Of a stretch of DNA of 64,000 nucleotides, positions 19,465 to 31,000 are shown one piece after another; the first letter of the stretch is position 1; every line of letters begins with the position of its first letter. The stretch is taken from positions 32,001-96,000 of IMG/VR virus record IMGVR_UViG_3300021963_000055. One strand, given 5' to 3'. The stretch is from a virus. A program made the translations under genes and the position numbers. The notes below the pieces were generated by a model. The model saw only the letters and a program-made list of their open reading frames with translations, made no database searches and was not told the origin of the DNA.

Positions 19465-20504
19465 GATTTCTTAGTCCAAGCAGCTCCCTCAGTCTTTAAC
19501 TTTGGCTTTTTCCACTCAGGACCTTTTAGTTTTGATTTAGCTACAGAAGCTTCCCCTGCACTAGTAGTTCTATCTGCAAGATTTCTAATCTTTGCTTGCT
19601 TTTGAGCAGTTTTATGTCCAGGACCAATCTCAAAGCTTGCTTCTTTCATAAATTCAGAGAAAGATTTTGATTCCCCTCTAAGCTGACGATAATGTGCTTT
19701 CTTTTCTGCACCAGAAGAACTCTTTAACCATGGATCATCATGATCAATTGAAGATTTATTAACTTGAACAGTCTTTACTTTATTCTTTGCATATGATTTT
19801 CCACTACCATATACAACTTTAGTTTTTGTTGGTCTAGTTGATTGATAAACTCTTCCTCCGCTACCAGTACGACCAACTTCTACTCTTCCTTTTGCTTTAT
19901 CAATTAATCGTCTAATTAATCCTTCATCCAATTCTTCATCAGATGCAAGATATTCGGCAGCAGTATCTACAAAGTCCGCAGCTCTAGTAATTTTAGATTG
20001 TACCCATGCAGGTAGTTGCTGATTTGATTTACGAATAACTTTACGAAGCATAGCAATAGATCTTTCCATTTGATCTAATTCAAGTTTTGCCATGTAACCT
20101 TCATGGTCTTTAATCTTTCCTGAAGCTATCTCTTTATGGTCTTCTTGCATGTTGAGAAGACTAGTATTCATTTCCCATGCACTAGGTCCATATGAACACT
20201 CAGATTTTTTCTCTGGTTTTTCGCAAAGATGGCAATAACGAGTTTCTTCTTTCTCTTCTTTGACGGCTTTTTTACCGTTTCTCCATTCTCCCTTTAGTTT
20301 CTTTTCCATCTTGAGTAAGTGCTTGTAGTAATCTGGAAATTCTGCAATATGCTGAAGTGCGATATTGTACGCCTCATCATGCTTTGTAACATGCTCTCGT
20401 TCTACAGTAGATCCAATTTCAGCTTGCCTGATAACGTAATCTACTGAGACGCCATGTTTTTTAGCAATCTCCTTTTCAGTAGGAACTCTTTTGTGTGCCA
20501 TCAC
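19440..20504 (-). CDS. Multi-module basic protein, probable internal head protein (N-terminal DUF5661-like module)
   Basis: GSTVEREH...IALQHIAEFPDYYKHLLKME; LPAWVQSKITRAADFVDTAAEYL; internal KSFSEFMKEA motif; located between g16 and g17. Confidence 0.7.
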   Translation of the reverse strand: MMAHKRVPTEKEIAKKHGVSVDYVIRQAEIGSTVEREHVTKHDEAYNIALQHIAEFPDYYKHLLKMEKKLKGEWRNGKKAVKEEKEETRYCHLCEKPEKKSECSYGPSAWEMNTSLLNMQEDHKEIASGKIKDHEGYMAKLELDQMERSIAMLRKVIRKSNQQLPAWVQSKITRAADFVDTAAEYLASDEELDEGLIRRLIDKAKGRVEVGRTGSGGRVYQSTRPTKTKVVYGSGKSYAKNKVKTVQVNKSSIDHDDPWLKSSSGAEKKAHYRQLRGESKSFSEFMKEASFEIGPGHKTAQKQAKIRNLADRTTSAGEASVAKSKLKGPEWKKPKLKTEGAAWTKKSGKPQAAD

Positions 20505-21052
20505 CCACCTACAATCTGAACTTCAGTAATATGTCCTGTAGCAGCGCCATTGCCATCAGGCTTTACAGAAAATTTAATTGAATTTGAAAGAGTTGCAGTG
20601 TCAGTAAAATCTGCATATGCAGATGAATTTAATGCAACAGTAATTGAAGTATCTGTAACTGCAATAACTTCTAGGTGTGCAATGCCAGTATTGTACGCAG
20701 CAACTGAAGATCCAGTTAAAGTTACATAGTCTCCAACCGCAAAAGGATGTCCAGGAGTACCAGTATCAAGAGGAATATTCATCACTGTATTGGTTGCACC
20801 TTTAGTGATTGAAGTTATTCTTACTCTTTTTGGAGTAGCACACTTTACAATTTCAGAACTTTCTTTTGGGATATGAAAATCATTTCCATCTACTGCAGTT
20901 GGATTGCCACCCCATGCTACATGAATTGCATCACTAGCATCAGCAGTAAAACGATAAATTCCACTTCGTACAATTACTGCAGCGGACTGTGTAGCGTTAC
21001 CACCAGTACACGCCACCGCAGCAATATTTTGGACAACCTTAAGTACAGACAT
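20501..21052 (-). CDS. Conserved hypothetical (probable virion) protein
   Basis: 183-aa beta-rich ORF (HPFAVGDYVTL) in the late operon, coupled to the next gene. Confidence 0.6.
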   Translation of the reverse strand: MSVLKVVQNIAAVACTGGNATQSAAVIVRSGIYRFTADASDAIHVAWGGNPTAVDGNDFHIPKESSEIVKCATPKRVRITSITKGATNTVMNIPLDTGTPGHPFAVGDYVTLTGSSVAAYNTGIAHLEVIAVTDTSITVALNSSAYADFTDTATLSNSIKFSVKPDGNGAATGHITEVQIVGG

Positions 21053-21062
21053 TAAAATACTC

Positions 21063-21491
21063 CTATTCTTCTGTATTATTTATTTTTGATTGTTTTAGAA
21101 ACTTTTGTAGTTCTGCGGTGGAACCAACAAACATAGTATTATTTACAGTAGATGGACCTTTAGTTGGTTTATCTTCTTCAATATCTTTCATCTTTTTCTG
21201 AACTTCTATTAGTTTTTCTGCAAGCTCTGAAACATTTTTAATCCCTTGGAAAGCAACTTCATAAGCTCTTGGATGATCACTTTGAGAAGCTACATCTAAA
21301 ATTCCATCAATTGCTTTTTGTCCTTTTTGAATTAAATTGTATAGTTGACCTCTACTATATTTGTAATCTTTTTTTAGATCTTCTAAATCTGAATCTAAAA
21401 TAACTTCAAGTTCTGAAACTATTTCTGATGTGTCATTTGAGTTAGTTGGAACTATATCAAAAGTGTCATCTAATTTATCGTATGCTGACAT
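21063..21491 (-). CDS. gp16: Terminase small subunit gp16
   Basis: DYKYSRGQLYNLI, HPRAYEVA, FVGSTAELQK; start placed at MSAYD. Confidence 0.92.
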   Translation of the reverse strand: MSAYDKLDDTFDIVPTNSNDTSEIVSELEVILDSDLEDLKKDYKYSRGQLYNLIQKGQKAIDGILDVASQSDHPRAYEVAFQGIKNVSELAEKLIEVQKKMKDIEEDKPTKGPSTVNNTMFVGSTAELQKFLKQSKINNTEE

Positions 21492-21493
21492 AA

Positions 21494-22291
21494 TTATTGT
21501 GTCCAAAGTTCATTAAATCCAAAGTTATCGTCAGATTCAACTAATAAATCATCTGCAGAGTTAATTTTACCATCTTTATTTAAATCTGTTAGTGCCTTAG
21601 GAGTTACACTATAAGTAACATATCTATTTGCATTGATAGCAGTTCCAATATCAACGTTAACCTTTTTAATGACATCAGAAGTAGTAATAGGACCATAAAT
21701 ATATGACTTTGCAGTGAATGTTAAAGTATAAATAATTGTTCTTCTTTGTGTAAAATCACCTTCATAGTCATCTTGAATAGAAACATTATTCAGTAAAATT
21801 GGAATATCTCTTTTCTCATTTGTCTCTGCTACCATATTAATAGTAATTGAAAAATATGGCTGAAAGAATGGTAAAATTTGCTCTAAAATTTGAACGGCAT
21901 CATCATTATTCTTGCTGATGATTGCAACTTCAAAGTCTAGATTGTATGGCACTGGCAGATAATGAGAATATGTTTTTTCAGTATCTCCAGATTTTGGGGT
22001 TCTGCAGATTTGAGTAGGTCCAAGCTTTCTCGCAGCATCATAAGAAATTCCTTTCATCTCAAAAGAAATTCTGGGAAGCTGAATTTGTGTTGGTCGTCTC
22101 TTGTCTAAATCTGGCTCTGCTTCTATTCTAGCAAGAAATTTTTCTGTAGGTCCATATGCAAGAGGAACCTTAATTGTCTGCTTAACAACTCCGTCTTTGT
22201 CTTTACGTTGAAGTTCTATATTATTGAATAATGTACCAAATCCAACAATAGTTTTACGAATTGATTCGTTATAAAAATGTGTACCTAACAT
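21494..22291 (-). CDS. gp15: Tail sheath stabilizer / completion protein gp15
   Basis: FGTLFNNI, VPLAYGP, LPRISFE, QILEQILPFFQP. Confidence 0.95.
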   Translation of the reverse strand: MLGTHFYNESIRKTIVGFGTLFNNIELQRKDKDGVVKQTIKVPLAYGPTEKFLARIEAEPDLDKRRPTQIQLPRISFEMKGISYDAARKLGPTQICRTPKSGDTEKTYSHYLPVPYNLDFEVAIISKNNDDAVQILEQILPFFQPYFSITINMVAETNEKRDIPILLNNVSIQDDYEGDFTQRRTIIYTLTFTAKSYIYGPITTSDVIKKVNVDIGTAINANRYVTYSVTPKALTDLNKDGKINSADDLLVESDDNFGFNELWTQ

Positions 22292-23388
22292 TAAAATTCT
22301 CCCATGTTTGAATATTCACCAAATGGATTTCGTTCGGACCAGTCAATAATTTTATTTCCTTCGTCTTCAAACCATTTGTTTTCATTGAAATCATCATTTT
22401 CATTTTCAATAGAACTGAATGTATTAATTACCCATTCAGCATTACTAGTTCTACCAATTAAGGTTTCTCCATCAACAAATTTACCTACTATATCTATAAG
22501 CTCAAGTTCTTTAGTTGTGACATCATAACGAATAACCTTACCTTTTGCTCCGCTTCTGGAACCAGTTACAGTTTCTTCATATTTATAAGTTCCTCTTGGG
22601 GCTAAAATTGCTTGTGCAGTTGCACCAGTTCCAGCTCCAGTAATTGTAACTGCAGGTACAGAAGTGTATCCAGTTCCAGGCTCAATTACTTTTATACCTG
22701 TAATAACTCCAGCAGATACTGTAGCAGATGCTCTAGCTCCAGATGCTCCATTTACAGAACCAAAATTAACTGTTGTTCCTGATGCAGTATATCTAGTTCC
22801 ACCAGAAATAACATTAATTTGTTTAATACCTTCGGTAAGTTTAAATGTAATTGAATATCCTTCATCTCTTCTAATTTTATCAATTTCATCAATTCCAGTT
22901 TCAAATCTTTCGCCAGAATCTTCCATCACTTCACAAACTAGTTGATACGTTGCAATCTGCCCTAGCTGTCTGAATGGTTTATTATGTTCTACAAATTTAA
23001 TTTGGAACAACTGATTAGTTAATGGGAAATAAATTACATCACCTTCATTAGGTCTTTTAGATGTAATTAAATTATTTGATTTAGAAATTAAATCTTCCCA
23101 ACGTCGTTTGGATACAATAAAGGTAGCTTCTTCGGCAATTCTAACTCCAAATCTAGTTAATAAAGTTCCTTCTCCAGTAAATCCCTCATAATTTGAAACA
23201 TACATTTCAATTATATAATTTTCATCAAATTTTGCTAAAGGGTCTTCGCCAAACAATCTTTCATCGTTAGAAAATTCTCTTGGCAAATAATAAACATCAA
23301 ATCCATATATTTTTAAAGATTCTATTATTAAATCTTCATAAAGTTTTTGTTCAGATGAAGTTCCGTGAGAAAAATAAACGTTTTTCAT
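22291..23388 (-). CDS. gp14: Neck protein gp14
   Basis: EQKLYEDLIIESLKIYG, YYLPRE, RPNEGDVIYFP, SERNPFG. Confidence 0.94.
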   Translation of the reverse strand: MKNVYFSHGTSSEQKLYEDLIIESLKIYGFDVYYLPREFSNDERLFGEDPLAKFDENYIIEMYVSNYEGFTGEGTLLTRFGVRIAEEATFIVSKRRWEDLISKSNNLITSKRPNEGDVIYFPLTNQLFQIKFVEHNKPFRQLGQIATYQLVCEVMEDSGERFETGIDEIDKIRRDEGYSITFKLTEGIKQINVISGGTRYTASGTTVNFGSVNGASGARASATVSAGVITGIKVIEPGTGYTSVPAVTITGAGTGATAQAILAPRGTYKYEETVTGSRSGAKGKVIRYDVTTKELELIDIVGKFVDGETLIGRTSNAEWVINTFSSIENENDDFNENKWFEDEGNKIIDWSERNPFGEYSNMGEF

Positions 23389-24209
23389 TATCCTACCATA
23401 TCAAGTGGTGGCAATTCATATGTGTTAAGTAATTCTTCATATAGCTTGTCTAATTCTCCTATTGCGTCATCATATAACTGACGGCCATTAAAAGTTACTC
23501 CACCTGGCATTTGAATACCTTCAAATTTAGATAAATTTTGTCCCCACTGTTTTTTAATAAGTGAAGTTAAATATTTTTTAACCCAAATTTCATTATAAAG
23601 TTTGGTAAAACTATTTGGATCTAACGCTCTATAGCAGTCTACTACAATAAAATCATTAACAGATTGCATACCCCAATCTAGATCAATATACAGCCTATTT
23701 TGAACTTTGTTATATCTAATATCTTTATTACCTTCTAACATAAAATCAAGAGTTTCAAGATAAGTCAATACCATGTAATAATTCATGATATCATATGAAT
23801 AAAAATTATAAAAATCATTTAGGAAAAATTGATACCTAAAACCAAACATATTATTCACAAAAGCATTAGATACTTTAAAAATTCCTTGAACACCAACAAC
23901 ATGGTCTGGAACTGTTAAATATCCTCTACCTTCTTCAAAATTTAAAGTTCTGGAATTAACAGAACCGTTTGTATCAGTTTGAGTTGTAGTGAAATTACGT
24001 TTTTTTCCATTATCAATATCTTCTTGAGTAAGTTTGTACTTTAAGTACATTCTTTCCATTCCATTATAAGCTCTTTCATTAAAGATCTGAATGGTGTCAT
24101 CAATAAGATCTTCAACTTGGTCATCATCTACGTTAATTTCAATTACTGGTTTGCCAAGCTTACGAAGACAATATTCTTTTAATTGTAATCTACTACTTGG
24201 TTTTGACAT
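23388..24209 (-). CDS. gp13: Neck protein gp13
   Basis: YCLRKLGKPVIEINVDDDQ, KKQWGQNLSKF, PGGVTFNG, ELPPLDMVG. Confidence 0.95.
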   Translation of the reverse strand: MSKPSSRLQLKEYCLRKLGKPVIEINVDDDQVEDLIDDTIQIFNERAYNGMERMYLKYKLTQEDIDNGKKRNFTTTQTDTNGSVNSRTLNFEEGRGYLTVPDHVVGVQGIFKVSNAFVNNMFGFRYQFFLNDFYNFYSYDIMNYYMVLTYLETLDFMLEGNKDIRYNKVQNRLYIDLDWGMQSVNDFIVVDCYRALDPNSFTKLYNEIWVKKYLTSLIKKQWGQNLSKFEGIQMPGGVTFNGRQLYDDAIGELDKLYEELLNTYELPPLDMVG

Positions 24210-24269
24210 TATACTAACCTTTTAAATTTTTACGATTTGTTTGGACAATTATTAACGCAATTTTATTTT

Positions 24270-24602
24270 TTATGTTACTCCAGGATTAATAGTGACAACA
24301 CCTTCAATTACTCTAATTTTTTTGTTGGATGGATCTGAAAGAACTACATCATATAAGTATCTTCCTTGCTCCATTAAAGAAGTTTGTGAAGATGTCAAAT
24401 TTAAATTTACGATTCCGTCAGTTCTAGTTGAAGAAAAGGTCACTAAAAAGCTCACATAAGTTGTACTATAATAAGATTTTTTTATTTTAGCCAATCCAGT
24501 GTAATCAGTTAAATCACGAGGATTATTATTATTATTGTACACTACAAATTGAACATCAAAATCAGCTCCTTGGTCAACATATAAGTTTTTTACCGCTGCC
24601 AT
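24270..24602 (-). CDS. Small virion structural protein (conserved in T4-like cyanophages)
   Basis: NLYVDQGADF...GRYLYDVV...RVIEGVVTINPGVT; preceded by TATAAATA at 24626-24633. Confidence 0.7.
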   Translation of the reverse strand: MAAVKNLYVDQGADFDVQFVVYNNNNNPRDLTDYTGLAKIKKSYYSTTYVSFLVTFSSTRTDGIVNLNLTSSQTSLMEQGRYLYDVVLSDPSNKKIRVIEGVVTINPGVT

Positions 24603-24640
24603 TTTATGTAGGGAGATTTCAATAATATTTATAATAAGAC

Positions 24641-24799
24641 CTATTTGTTTAATAACATATTTAATATGAGATGTTGTTGCATATGATATAATTTAGCAAA
24701 TTCTTTTGCTATTTTTTTAGCTTCTTCTTCATTTAAAGTATCTATATCATTATAAATTTTTTGAAGAGTAAATTGTTTAGTTAGAGGAAGTTCGTTCAT
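24641..24799 (-). CDS. nblA: NblA-like phycobilisome degradation adaptor (52 aa)
   Basis: Below the track cutoff; MNELPLTKQFTLQKIYNDIDTLNEEEAKKIAKEFAKLYHMQQHLILNMLLNK matches the NblA length and the LxLxQQF...I..LxxEQA...LY..Q helix-loop-helix pattern. Confidence 0.6.
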   Translation of the reverse strand: MNELPLTKQFTLQKIYNDIDTLNEEEAKKIAKEFAKLYHMQQHLILNMLLNK

Positions 24800-25010
24800 T
24801 TAATTTTAAAAGTAAATTTTTGATATCATTGATATCAGATTTTAAAGAATTTAAATCTTCTTCTATTTTATCAATTCTTTCAGATTTGTTTTTTCTTAAT
24901 TCATAATTTTTAATATAGTTATCGTATTCATACGAATTATCATTTATTATTGCACCACTAGATGTATCTCTGTAGAGACTTGGGTGCCCGTCTACTATTA
25001 ATTTATTCAT
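24777..25010 (-). CDS. Conserved cyanophage coiled-coil protein
   Basis: VDGHPSLYRDTSSGAIIN...LKSDINDIKNLL; follows the VrlC-like gene. Confidence 0.7.
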   Translation of the reverse strand: MNKLIVDGHPSLYRDTSSGAIINDNSYEYDNYIKNYELRKNKSERIDKIEEDLNSLKSDINDIKNLLLKLNERTSSN

Positions 25011-25011
25011 A

Positions 25012-28000
25012 TTATACTGCAAGTGCAATAGCTCTAAAGTTTCTTATTTTTGGAATGTTTGTTTGATCATTACTGATCATACAAATTTTAATTGAAAATT
25101 GTTTAAATTCTGAAACATTTTTTAGTTCAAAATCGAAAGCTTTATAATCTTTTGAATTTAATGATTTTGGATATGATACTGCAGGAATTTCAATATAACT
25201 CATTGAATCAAAAGATCCTAAATTTCCTTCACTATATATTTTTGCAAATACTTTAATATCAGAATACTCTCCATTTAGTCCTTGTTCTCTAATTGCATCC
25301 AATAAAACTTTAATAGAAGTTGATGTATTTTGTAAAGTAATTTTTTTGGTAATATAAGAAGAATAAATTCCAGATAAAGGAGTAAGTTCTTGTGTTATAT
25401 CAATTTTATTATTAGCAATTTTTTTAATGATTCTATTTGAAACTGCAATCGCAGATGAACCATTAATATCTAATGCGGGACTGACATTATCTTTTTCTGT
25501 AGATAAATTTACATTTAATGTTAAAGATGCAGAATTTTCAGAACCAAAATACTGATTTGAATTAGTTGGAGATGCAACTAATCTAGAACTACTTAACTCA
25601 TTGTATTGTCTATTTTGTACTGACTGCTCAGAAATTCTTACAAATGAAGTTTCCGCTTGATAAGGACTGTTTGCACTAACGCTTTCAAGTCCAAAAGAGA
25701 CATTTGTAAATGGAATTGATAAAATATTTAAATTTGGATATAATTCTTCATACTGTATATTTCGTGAAGCTTTAATATAAATGCCTCCAGAAATTACATT
25801 AGAATTAGCATTCACTCCAGAACTAATTTTATATCTATCTAAATCAATAATTTGCGTAATTTTATGAATTTTATTAATTTGATTTAATGGAACTCCATTG
25901 ATAGAATAGCAATACAATACACTCCCTGCTGCATGTGTCGTTGCAGTTGTTCCAAACTGACCTCTTCCATCAGGAGGTATGGACAACGTAGTTCCAGATA
26001 TAGCAGTATATTTTATAATTTCATTATTTACTAAAATATATCCAGGGTTAGTTGCTGAAACAGGTGTCTCTGCTATAGTACTCCAAGTAGTATCGGAAGT
26101 ATTTCCTACATTTATAGCTCCACTTTGAGTCGCTGTTGTAATTGAAGTATTTAAAGATGTTACTAAAGCTTCTGAAACTACAGAAGAAATTTTGACATAA
26201 TTTTGAATACTATTCATTCCATGATTTGGATGATAGACTTCAATTGATCCTGAAGATTGAGTGAATTTTAATGCATTAGCAGGAAGAGTTACATCTGTCA
26301 CTGGACCATTTATTAGTTTACAATTATATGTCGTTTCAGTAACAAATTTGGCTCTATTGAGTGTAAATTTAAGATCTTCAAATTGATCTGGAGTCCATAC
26401 AGACATATTCTGAGATTTATAAAGAGAACCAGAATATGGTTGCTTGTCAATAATAAATCCTCCCAATACATCAGTTTCAGAAAGTCTTGAAATCCAAACT
26501 TTATAATTCTTGGAAGCACTTCTAACAATAAATGCGTATTCTGTATTCTGATTTAAATAAATTGGACATGGGAAGGTGAATCTAGTAGCAACAGAGCCAT
26601 TGTTTGATACATTTACATTTGCAGATTGAACAGTAGCAATACTATTTGGAACTACTGTATTTGTTAAAGTGCCATTTTCCATGGTTCTAACTTCAACAGA
26701 TACTGGAAGTATAGAATCTTTGGTCTGGAAATACAAATCAATAGATGTAGCAAAGATTCCACCTTCAATATCAACCAAGAATGATTGTGCTAAAGGATCT
26801 CTTCCTGCTGGAGCTGGTGGTGGAGGTGGTGGGAATGGAATAAATACCGTTCTTGTTCCAATACCTGCGGTAGAAGAAATTTGTGCAGTAGTAAGTGAAA
26901 CTACGTTACTAGTGAGAGATACGTTTGTACCTAGTGTATTGTAAGTTGTTTGAGCACTTGAATCAGAAATTCCGTAAATAGAAGTTCCTGTAATTTGATC
27001 ACATAGTTTAAATACAGTTTCTCCAGTTTGATATGTATTTGGTGGAATAACTAAAAATGCTTCAACTGTTCCATTTACATCTGACTTTACTCTAGGTCCA
27101 GTGAATTGAACAGTTCCAGTAGCTCCAGATGCCAATCCTCTAATCTGAATTGTATCAATAAGTGCAGTTGGATTGATTTCTGTACCATCTCTTGTAGTAA
27201 TGTTATCAATTTTTAGGAAAGTTGTTGTTGATGTGTAACTTCCTAGGGGAGATGTTACTACTATTCCTCTTACTGGATTTGTAGCATTTGTTGCAGGAGA
27301 GAAAATCTCTACAGTTTCGCCATTGACAAAAGCAACACCATTTCTATTAGTCATCCCAGTTATTTGTTTGGGGAAGATCATAGAATTATTTAATCTATCA
27401 TCAACAAAGAAATGGAATAGTGTATCTGGCTTTAGCTTTGTTGATGTAAGCTCAACAATTCTAGATCTAATAAATCTTTCTGCAGAGATATTATTGATAC
27501 TATCTCCAACTTGAATATCTTGTGTTACTGGTGTAAATGTATTATTTCCACCTGGAGTGTTTTGAACACTTAAAGTTCCTCCTCCAACTACAAGACGTGG
27601 AACAATGTTTCTATTCCAGTCATTCCATTGATCTGCAAGAGCAGAAGTTCTATCGAATAGTGCTCTTAGGGGCTGAGATAAATCAATTCGTTGGACTTCT
27701 CTTGCAGTTCTTACTGTATCGAACCAAACATCCTTTTCTGGTTCTAGTTGAATGTCGCCATACCATTGAATAACTTCAAATGGCTGAAGATTTTCAACTC
27801 TGCTTGCATAACTTTGAACAACAAATGGAGTCTCCGTATATGGGAGAGTAACTAAGCTACCAGTCTGCTTTGCTGTAAATCCAGAAGTTGCTGGTTTTAA
27901 CTGAATATTAGTAACATATGGATATGGTCTTAGTATAGCTTTTTCAGTGTCAATACATGCAGTATATGAAGTATTATTTAAATCGGCTAAATCTGTAGTT

Positions 28001-31000
28001 TTAAAATTATCTGCAACAAATCCAGTTTTAAATCTATTATTGCCATCTTCATCAACAATTGTTAAACTGTTAGTGCCAATTTCCAAAAGATTTAATGAAG
28101 TTAACTCTTCTACTGTTTCTAGACGTTTATCAATTAATCCAATATCTTTCATTGTATAACGTCTTGATTTAATGATTTCTAATGTAGAATCATTTACTGA
28201 TTTCATATATGGAGGTATTGTTAAAGTGCCAATATGTAAAGTATTTGGCACATCTTCAGGTTCTTTAGGAATTAAAGAATCTGAACCTTTTGCAATGATT
28301 ATATTTCCATTTTCATCAAGAAAAATTTTATCAATTCTTCCAAGATAATAATCATAATCTAAACTAATTATTTCTCCAGGAAATGCAAACGATGGAATTA
28401 CTCTGTATAAAGATAATACATCAAATGCAGAAGCAGATTCTTGATATGGAGTGATTAAAGAACCTCCAGAACCAGGGGAAGGAACAGTTTCAAATCTAAA
28501 ATCTACTATATTACTATATGGAGTTCCATCATAACATAGTGGAATTTCTGAATATTCAATTTGTGAAGTATCATATGAATTTGTAGAATAAAAATCATTA
28601 CTAGTATTATTATGAATAAAATAATCAAATACAACTATAAATTTATTTTGTGGAGTTGGGCTACTTGAACGTCTAACTAATTTGGAAATATTATAAAACT
28701 CAGGTCCATCATTTTTATTTAATATAAAATCATTTGTAATATCTTTATAATTTCCATTTGTAACAGAAGTAATAAATTTGCCAACTACTGGAGAAATGGA
28801 TGTTATATCTACTGATAAAGTTAAATTAGTTCCATTTTGAAATTTATTATCTGAAAGATATACAATATAGAGAGTATTTCCACTAATTGAAATAATTTTT
28901 GCTCTAATATTTTGGTATGATATAATATCTCCAGCTACTAATCCAGTGGAATCATTGATATTAATTTTATCAAATAAGTCTTGATTTGATGCTTGCGAAT
29001 TTAGTGCTTGTCTAATAGCATGAATTTTATATACATCTGGAAATTTTAAAGATATTTCATTATCTACAAATCTAGTTCCATATATTGTGTTTGTACTAGT
29101 TTTTAATTTATCAACTAGCAAAAAGTTAAATTTACTTGCAGATTTTGTTTTTAATGAAGGGTTATTAGATCTAACTTTATAAGTAATATTTACATTAGTA
29201 TTACTCAATGAATCGCTAACAAAAATATTTACAGATGATGGAGATATTGAAGAAGCAGAAAATTCAACAATTCCAGAACTATTTGTGATTATAATATCAT
29301 TGGGAGATATAGTAAAATTAGAAGTTGTGGAAATAGTAAATCCAGCATTTGAAACTAGTTTCGTTTCTGTTATGGCTTTATAATATGATAGATCTGAAGT
29401 TGTTTTGACAGAATTATTTGAAATTCTTGAGAAAAAATTTGTCCCTGAAGTTTTAACTTTAGGAATTAATTTTTTTACATTATAATAAACTCCATCAGCT
29501 ACAGTTTCAGTAATAGTTATTTCACTATCAGTAACATTAGTTACTGTAGCAACAGAAGTTCCAATCAATAGTTTCATAGGAACTTGAATTTCGGATGAAA
29601 ATCTTGATCCGATTCCAGATAAAGTATTTCCAATAACTTTAAATGAAGTTCCAGAAATTGATACTTGTTCTAATTTTACGCTTGAACTAAATCCAGGTGC
29701 GCTTAAATTTGTAATATTTTCAATATTATTTGCAATTACTGTGGATATAGTGTATGTTGAATTATTTTTGCTATTTGTAAATGTAGATCCTGGTAAAAGT
29801 GTTCCTGCAACTTGTCTTAATGTAAGGGTAGAACCATTAATTGAATCTATTACTGCACTTGCACCATTATTTGTAAAAATAAAATCTCCTATAGCTAATG
29901 CGGGAGAATTTTCAGATGTTGTAACAACAGTAAACATCGAAATATCTGCCAAATATAATTTTCCACCTACTATTAATGATAATGCTACTGCTTTACCAAT
30001 CGAAGTTTCTACACCGCTTGCAATTTTTTTTAGTGTTACTAAATTTCCTGGTAACACTGATCCCTGTATTGTTGTCGTATCTAATTCAATATAATTGCCA
30101 AATGCAGAAATTAATCCTTGATTATTAATTGCTAAAGATTTTCTTGGTTTTTCTATCGTTACATATTTTTTATCTGTGTTATTAATTTCAAATCCTTTTA
30201 CATATGCTTTTATGGGAGAAAGTTCCATAGTATAATAATTTCTTCCATCAATAGATTTCCCATCTGTAATACTTGGAGTTCTATTTAATACTACTGTTCC
30301 ATCTAGTAAAGTATCGTTATAAGAATATACACCATTATTTTCACCATCATTATAAGTTTCTCGTAAATTTAAGTTAAAATCTGTTACAGTATAATTTCCA
30401 GATTCATCAAAAGTTCTTCTGGCTAAGTTTTTTTCAAGTTGATTATATACAGAATTTTCTACTAATTTAGCTACTTTTCCTTCTTCTAGTCTGAGAAGTT
30501 CAATAAATGTAGAATCTGTAGGGAGATCAATATCTTGTTTAGATAAGATAGCTTCAATTTTTAATCTATCTGCTCCTGGTGCTGCAAAATTAGGAGAACC
30601 AATTGCATTATCATATAAAGAATTATCTTCGTCTGTAGTTACAACACTTTCTAATATAGATAATCCAATTTTATATGATGAAAAATTGTTATATTGATCT
30701 AAAATAATACTTTGTTCTGGAACTTCTACAAAAAATCCACGAATAAAATATACTCCAGCTGTAATATATGCGGCACTTCCGACAAATGATGTTGCATTTT
30801 GTGTTGCAGTTACAGCTACGGGATTGTTATTTTCATCTTGTAATATTTCTCCATTTGTAAATTTTGTTAATTGAACGCCATTTACAACATTTCCAGAAGC
30901 AACATATTTTACATATAATGTTGCTGTAGATTTATCAGATTGTGTGGCACTAATGCTATTTAAAACTTTAGCTTTAACTCCTGAAGTTTGACCCACTAAA

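Noticed and set aside
19271-19474. Plus-strand 67-aa ORF in the gap before g17
   Set aside because: It is the antisense shadow of the minus-strand -1-frame module.
19484-19490. GAGGGAG as an SD-like frameshift stimulator
   Set aside because: It is 19 nt upstream of the heptamer, beyond the usual ~9-14-nt spacing.
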